Shown piece after piece: positions 58,622 to 64,000 of a DNA stretch of 64,000 nucleotides (position 1 is its first letter; each line of letters begins with the position of its first letter). Source of the stretch: Callorhinchus milii (lineage: Eukaryota); the NCBI RefSeq assembly GCF_018977255.1, contig NW_024704743.1:16556001-16620000 (forward strand), in the 5' to 3' direction. A program made the translations under genes and the position numbers. The notes under the pieces were generated by a model, which did no database searches, was not told the DNA's origin, and saw only the letters and a program-made list of their open reading frames with translations.

Positions 58622-59928
58622 GGGCCTGTCTCTCTCTCTCTCAAGGCCTGTCCAACTCTCTCTCTCTCTCTCTGGGGCCTGTCTCACTCTCTCTCTCTGG
58701 GGCCTGTCTCACTCTCTCTATCTCTGGGGCCTGTCTCACTCTCTCTCTCTCTGGGGCCTGTCTCACTCTCTCTCTCTCTGGGGCCTGTCTCACTCTCTCC
58801 TCTCTCTCTTCTGGGCCTGTCTCACTCTCTCTCTCTCTGGGGCCTGTCTCACTCTCTCTCTCTCTGGGGCCTGTCTCACTCTCTCTCTCTCTGGGGCCTG
58901 TCTCTCTCTCTCTCTCTCTCTGGGGCCTGTCTCTCTCTCTCTCTGGGGCCTGTCTCACTCTCTCTCTCTGGGGCTTCTCTCTCTCTCTCTCTCTCTCTGG
59001 GGTCTCTCTCTCCCTCTGGGGCCTCTCTCTCTCTCTGGGGCCTCTCTCTCTCTCTGGGGCCTCTCTCTCTCTCTCTCTCTGGGGCCTCTCTCTCTCTCTC
59101 TCTCTCTGGGGCCTGTCTCTCTCTCTCTCTCTCTCTCTGGGGCCTGTCTCTCTCTCTCTCTCTCTGGGGCCTGTCTCACTCTCTCTCTCTCTCTGGGGCC
59201 TCTCTCTCTCTCTCTCTCTGGGGCCTTTCTCGCTCTCTCTCTCTCTCTCTCTGGGGCCTGTCTCACTCTCTCTCTTTCTCTCTCTCTCTCTCTTTGGCCT
59301 CTCTCTCTCTCTCTCTGGGGCCTCTCTCTCTTTCTGGGGTCTCTCGCTCTCTCTGGGGCCTGTCTCACTCTCTCTCTCTCTCTTTGGCCTCTCTCTCTCT
59401 CTCTCTTTCTGGGGCTTCTCTCTCTCTCTCTGGGGTCTCTCTCTCTCTCTGGGGCCTGTTTCTCTCTCTCTCTCAGGGGCCTGTCTCTCTCTCTCTCTCT
59501 GGGGCCTGTCTCTCTCTCTCTCTCTGGGGCCTCTCTCTCTCTCTCTCTCTCTCTGGGGCCTCTCTCTCTCTCTCTCTCTCTGGGGTCTCTCTCTCCCTCT
59601 GGGACCTCTCTCTCTCTCTCTCTCTCTCTGGGGCCTGTCTCTCTCGCTCTCTCTGGAGCCTGTCTCTCTCTCTCTCTCTTTCTGGGGCCTCTCTCTCTCT
59701 CTCTCTGGGGCCTCTCTCTCTCTCTCTCTGGAGCCTGTCTCTCTCTCTCTCTCTTTCTGGGGCCTCTCTCTCTCTCTCTCTCTGGGGCCTCTCTCTCTCT
59801 CTCTCTCTCTCTCTGGGGCCTGTCTCTCTCTCTCTCTGGGGCCTGTCTCACTCTCTCTCTCTCTCTCTGGGGCCTCTCTCTCTCTCTCTGGGGCCTTTCT
59901 CACTCTCTCTCTCTCTCTCTCTCTGGGG

Positions 59929-59959
<31 letters not shown>

Positions 59960-62051
59960 GGGGCCTGTCTCACTCTCTCTGGGGCCTGTCTCACTCTCTC
60001 TCTCTTTGGCCTCTCTCTCTCTCTCTCTCTGGGGCCTGTCTCACTCTCTCTCTCTCTTTGGCCTCTCTCTCTCTCTCTCTCTGGGTCCTCTCTCTCTCTC
60101 TCCCTCTCTGGGGCCGCTCTCTCTCTCTCTCTCTCTGGGGCCTCCCTCTCTCTCCCTCTCTGGGGACTGTCTCTCTCTCTCTCTGGGGCCTGTCTCTCTC
60201 TCTCTCTGGGGTGCTCTCTCTCTCTCTCTCTCTCTGGGGCCTGTCTCTCTCTCTCTCTCTCTCTGGGGCCTCTCTCTCTCTCTCTCTCTCTCTGGGACCT
60301 CTCTCTCTCTCTCTGGGGCCTGTCTCACTCTCTCTCTCTGGGGCCTGTCTCACTCTCTCTCTCTCTCTGGGGCCTCTCCCTCTCTCTCCCTCTCTGGGGA
60401 CTGTCTCTCTCTCTCTCTCTCTGGGGCCTCTCTCTCTCTCTCTCTCTGGGGCCTCTCTCTCTCTCTCTCTCTCTCTGGGGCCTCTCTCTCTTTCTGGGGC
60501 CTGTCTCTCTCTCTCTCTGGGGCCTCTCTCTCTCTCTCCCTTTCTGGGGCCTGTCTCTCTCTCTCTCTCTGGGGCCTCCCTCTCTCTCCCTCTCTGGGGA
60601 CTGTCTCTCTCTCTCTCTCTCTGGGGCCTGTCTCTCTCTCTCTCTCTCTGGGGCCTCTCTCTCTGGGGCCTCTCTCTCTCTCTGGGGCCTGTCTCTCACT
60701 ATCTCTCTCTGGGGCCTCTCTCTCTCTCTCTGGGGCCTCTCTCTCTCTCTCTGGGGTCTCTCTCTCTCTGGGGCCTCTCTCTCTCTCTGGGGCCTCTCTC
60801 TCTCTCTCTGGGGCCTGTCTCTCTCTCTCTCTCTCTGGGGCCTCTCTCTCTCTCTCCCTTTCTGGGGACTGTCTCTCTCTCTCTCTCTCTGGGGCCTCTC
60901 TCTCTCTCTGGGGACTGTCTCTCTCTCTCTCTCTCTGGGGCCTCTCTCTCTCTCTCTGGGGACTGTCTCTCTCTCTCTCTCTCTGGGGCCTCTCTCTCTC
61001 TCTCTCCCTTTCTGGGGCCTGTTTCTCTCTCTCTCTGGGGCCTCTCTCTCTCTCTCCCTCTCTGGGGACTGTCTCTCTCTGGGGCCTGTCTCACTCTCTC
61101 TCTCTCTGGGGCCTGTCTCACTCTCTCTCTCTGGGGCCTCTCTCTCTCTCTCTCTGGGGCCTCTCTCTCTCTCTGGGGCCTGTCTCTCTCTCTCTCTCTC
61201 TCTGGGGCCTCTCTCTCTCTCCTTTTCTGGGGACTGTCTCTCTCTCTCTCTCTCTGGGGCCCCTCTCTCTCTCTCTGGGGACTGTCTCTCTCTCTCTCTC
61301 TCTGGGGCCTCTCTCTCTCTCTCTGGGGCCTGTCTCTCTCTCTCTCTCTCTGGGGCCTCTCTTCTCTCTCTGGGGCTCTTCCCTTTCTGGGGCCTGTCTT
61401 CTCTCTCTCTCTCTGGGGCCTCTCTCTCTCTCTCTCTTCCTCTGGGGCCTCTCCCTCCTCTCTCTCTCTCTGGGGCCTCTCCTCTCTCTTCTCTCTCTGG
61501 GGCCTCTCTCTCTCTCTCTGGGGCCTCTTCTCTCTCTCTCTCTCTCTCTGGGGCCTCTCTCTCTCTCTCCCTTTCTGGGGTCTCTCTCTCTCTCTCTCTC
61601 TCTCTGGGGCCTCTCCCTCTCTCTCTCTGCGCCGTCTCTCTCTCTCTCTCCTGGGGGCCTCTGTCTCTCTCTCTCTCTCTCTCTGGGCCTCTCCTCTCTC
61701 TCTCTCGGGGCCTCTCTCTCTCTCTCTCTGGGCCTCTCTCTCTCTCTCTCTCTGGGGCCTCTCCCTCTCTCTCTCTCTGGGGCCTCTCCCTCTCTCTCTG
61801 GGGCCTCTCTCTCTCTCTCTCTGGGGCCTCTCCCTCTCTCTCTCTCTGGGGCCTCTCCCTCTCTCTCTCTGGGGCTCTCTTCTCTCTCCTCTCTCTCTCC
61901 CTTTCTGGGGACTGTCTCTCTCTCTCCTCTCTGGGGCCTTCTCTCTCTCTCTCTCTGGGGCCTCTCTCTCTCTCTGGGGCCTGGGGCTCTCTCCTCTCTC
62001 TCTCTCTGGGCCTCCCTCTCTCTCTCTCTCCCTCTCTGGGGCTCTCTCTCT

Positions 62052-62090
<39 letters not shown>

Positions 62091-62157
62091 GCTCTCCCTC
62101 TCTCTCTCTCTCGGGCTCTCCCTCTCTCTCTCTCGGCCTCTCTCTCTCTCTCTCTGG
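58360..62157. repeat. Compound microsatellite: (CT)n tracts separated by GGGGCC(TGT) units, about 3.8 kb
   Basis: Directly visible; explains the spurious long LS/RE ORFs. Confidence 0.97.
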
Positions 62158-62187
62158 NNNNNNNNNNNNNNNNNNNNNNNNNNNNNN
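62158..62187. other. Assembly gap (30 N)
   Basis: Run of n. Confidence 0.99.
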
Positions 62188-62258
62188 GAGTATCATCCGT
62201 ATTAAGGAGCATCAACGTTAACTGAATATAGTGACGCAGCTATCGTAAGAGTACTAAG

Positions 62259-63183
62259 CCCTCCAGCACACACCCAGCACAGCCCCCCCCCACGCACACA
62301 CACCCAGGCACAGCCCCCAGCCACCACACCCCACACAGCCCCCAGCACTCACCAGCACACCCCCCAGCAAAACACCCAGCACAGCCCCACCAGCACACAC
62401 CCAGCACAGCCCCCCCCAGCACAGCACCCCCAGCACAGCCCCAGCACACACCCAGCACAGCCCCCAGCACCCCAGCACAGCCCCCCAGCACACACCCTAC
62501 ACAGCCCCCCAGCACACACCCAGCACAGCCCCCCAGCACACACCCAGCACAGCCCCAGCACAGCACCCCCAGCACACACCCAGCACAGCCCCAGCACAGC
62601 ACCCCCAGCACAGCCCCCCCCAGCACAGCCCCCCAGCACACACCCAGCACAGCCCCCCAGCACACACCCAGCACAGCCCCCCAGCACACACCCAGCACAG
62701 CCCCCCCAGCACACACCCAGCACAGCCCCCCCAGCCACACCACCCAGCACACCCCCCCCAGTACAGCCCACACCCCAGCACAGCCCCCCCCAGCACACAC
62801 CCAGCACACCCCCCACCACAGCCACAGCCCCCAGCACACCCCCAGCACAGCCCCCCAGCACACACCCAGCACAGCCCCCCCAGCACACACCCAGCACAGC
62901 CCCCCAGCACACACCCAGCACAGCCCCACCAGCACAGCCCCCCCCCAGCACAGCCCCCCCAGCACACACCCAGCACAGCCCCACCAGCACACACCCAGCA
63001 CACACAGCCCCCAGCACACCCAGCACAGCCCCCCCAGCACACACCCAGCACAGCCACACACACCCAGCACAACCCCCCCAGCACACACCCAGCACAGCCC
63101 CCCCAGCACACACCCAGCGTAGCCCCCCCAGCACACACCCAGCACCCTCCCAGCAACTCCAACACAGCCCCCCCCCCCCCCCC
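62259..63183. repeat. C/A-rich minisatellite, unit about CCCAGCACACACCCAGCACAGCCC
   Basis: Directly visible degenerate tandem array. Confidence 0.95.
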
Positions 63184-64000
63184 AACAACAACAAGATTAC
63201 CTTTGTATAGCACCTTTCACGTCAGGAGGACATCCCAAGGCGCTGGACACAGTACAGCATTTCAGACCCGAGCTGGGGTCAGGTGGGGGGAAGGGAGGGG
63301 AGGGGAAGGGGGGTGGCCGATGGCATGGTCGAAGAGGAGGGTCTTGAGGCGAGACTTGAAGGAGGCTAAGGAGGGGGTGAGGTGGAGTGACTGGGGGATG
63401 GAATACCAGATGTTGGGGGCAGAGTGGCTGCCGGCTCTCCCGCCAATGGTGGGGCGGGTGGGTCGGGGGACGTGGACCAGGCCAGAGCCGGCTGAGCGGA
63501 GGGAACAGGCGGGTCGGTAGAGGGTTAGGAGGTCGCAGAGGTAGGGTGGGGCGAGGCCATGGAGGGCTTTGTATGTGAGGACCAGTATCTTGAACTGGAT
63601 CCTCTGAAGGATAGGGAGCCAGTGGAGTCGGGCGAGAGTGGGGGAGATGGGGTCACGGAGTTTGGTGCGGGAGAGGACACGGGCTGCAACGTTCTGGATT
63701 ATCTGCAGTCTGTGGAGAGAGGAGTTGGGAAGGCCGTCAAGCAGAGTGTTTGCACAGTCGAGCCTGGAGGTGATGAAGACATGAACAAGAGTTTCAGCGG
63801 CCTGAGGGGTGAGGTAGTGGCGGAGTCGGGCGATGTTATGGAGGTGAGGGAAAGCAGAGCGGGTCATGGCTTGGATGTGGGGGAGAAAGACAGTTGAGGG
63901 TTGAACAAGACACCCAGGCTCCTGACTGGCGGTGAGTTGAAGTGTGCAACCATGGAGGTTGATGCTGCCAGAGCCTGAGGACCAGAGGCGCTGGCGTGAG
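63184..64000 (-). mobile_element. L2 LINE 3' portion, continues beyond window
   Basis: HLHNIARLRHYLTPQAAETLVHVFITSRLDCAN...LHWLPILQRIQFKILVL; tail with (TTG)n. Confidence 0.92.

Noticed and set aside
57810..63213. Very long ORFs (1471, 1393, 1200, 623 aa and G/C/V-rich ORFs)
   Set aside because: Open only because the simple repeats lack stop codons; several run through the N gap.

Overview
Repeat-rich vertebrate genomic DNA, most likely from a cartilaginous fish (inferred from the L2/CR1/DeuSINE/Penelope repeat content and divergent protein sequences). The + strand carries the 3' portion of the amphiphysin gene (AMPH). It runs from mid-BAR domain (626) through the proline-rich, AP-2/clathrin-binding and acidic regions to the SH3 domain (stop at 51197), with a 3' UTR to about 52270; the first exons lie upstream of the window. 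I read the exons by hand; GT-AG (one GC-AG) boundaries and phases are consistent throughout. Notable exons are a 9-nt microexon (9774-9782) adding RRR, a 1740-nt acidic exon (26192-27931), a tandemly duplicated exon pair with dual donors (40403, 42432) and a coding 21-bp minisatellite. A single-coding-exon C7orf25 (UPF0415) orthologue lies tail-to-tail on the - strand (57045-58301). It is followed by a 3.8-kb CT-rich compound microsatellite, a 30-N gap and a C/A-rich minisatellite. Introns hold L2 and CR1 LINE fragments, tRNA-derived SINEs sharing the L2 tail, older DeuSINE-like copies, Penelope-type hammerhead remnants, a Helitron-like element and an unclassified dispersed repeat. No clearly new biological system is demonstrated. 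The best leads are the AMPH splicing architecture and the hammerhead remnants.
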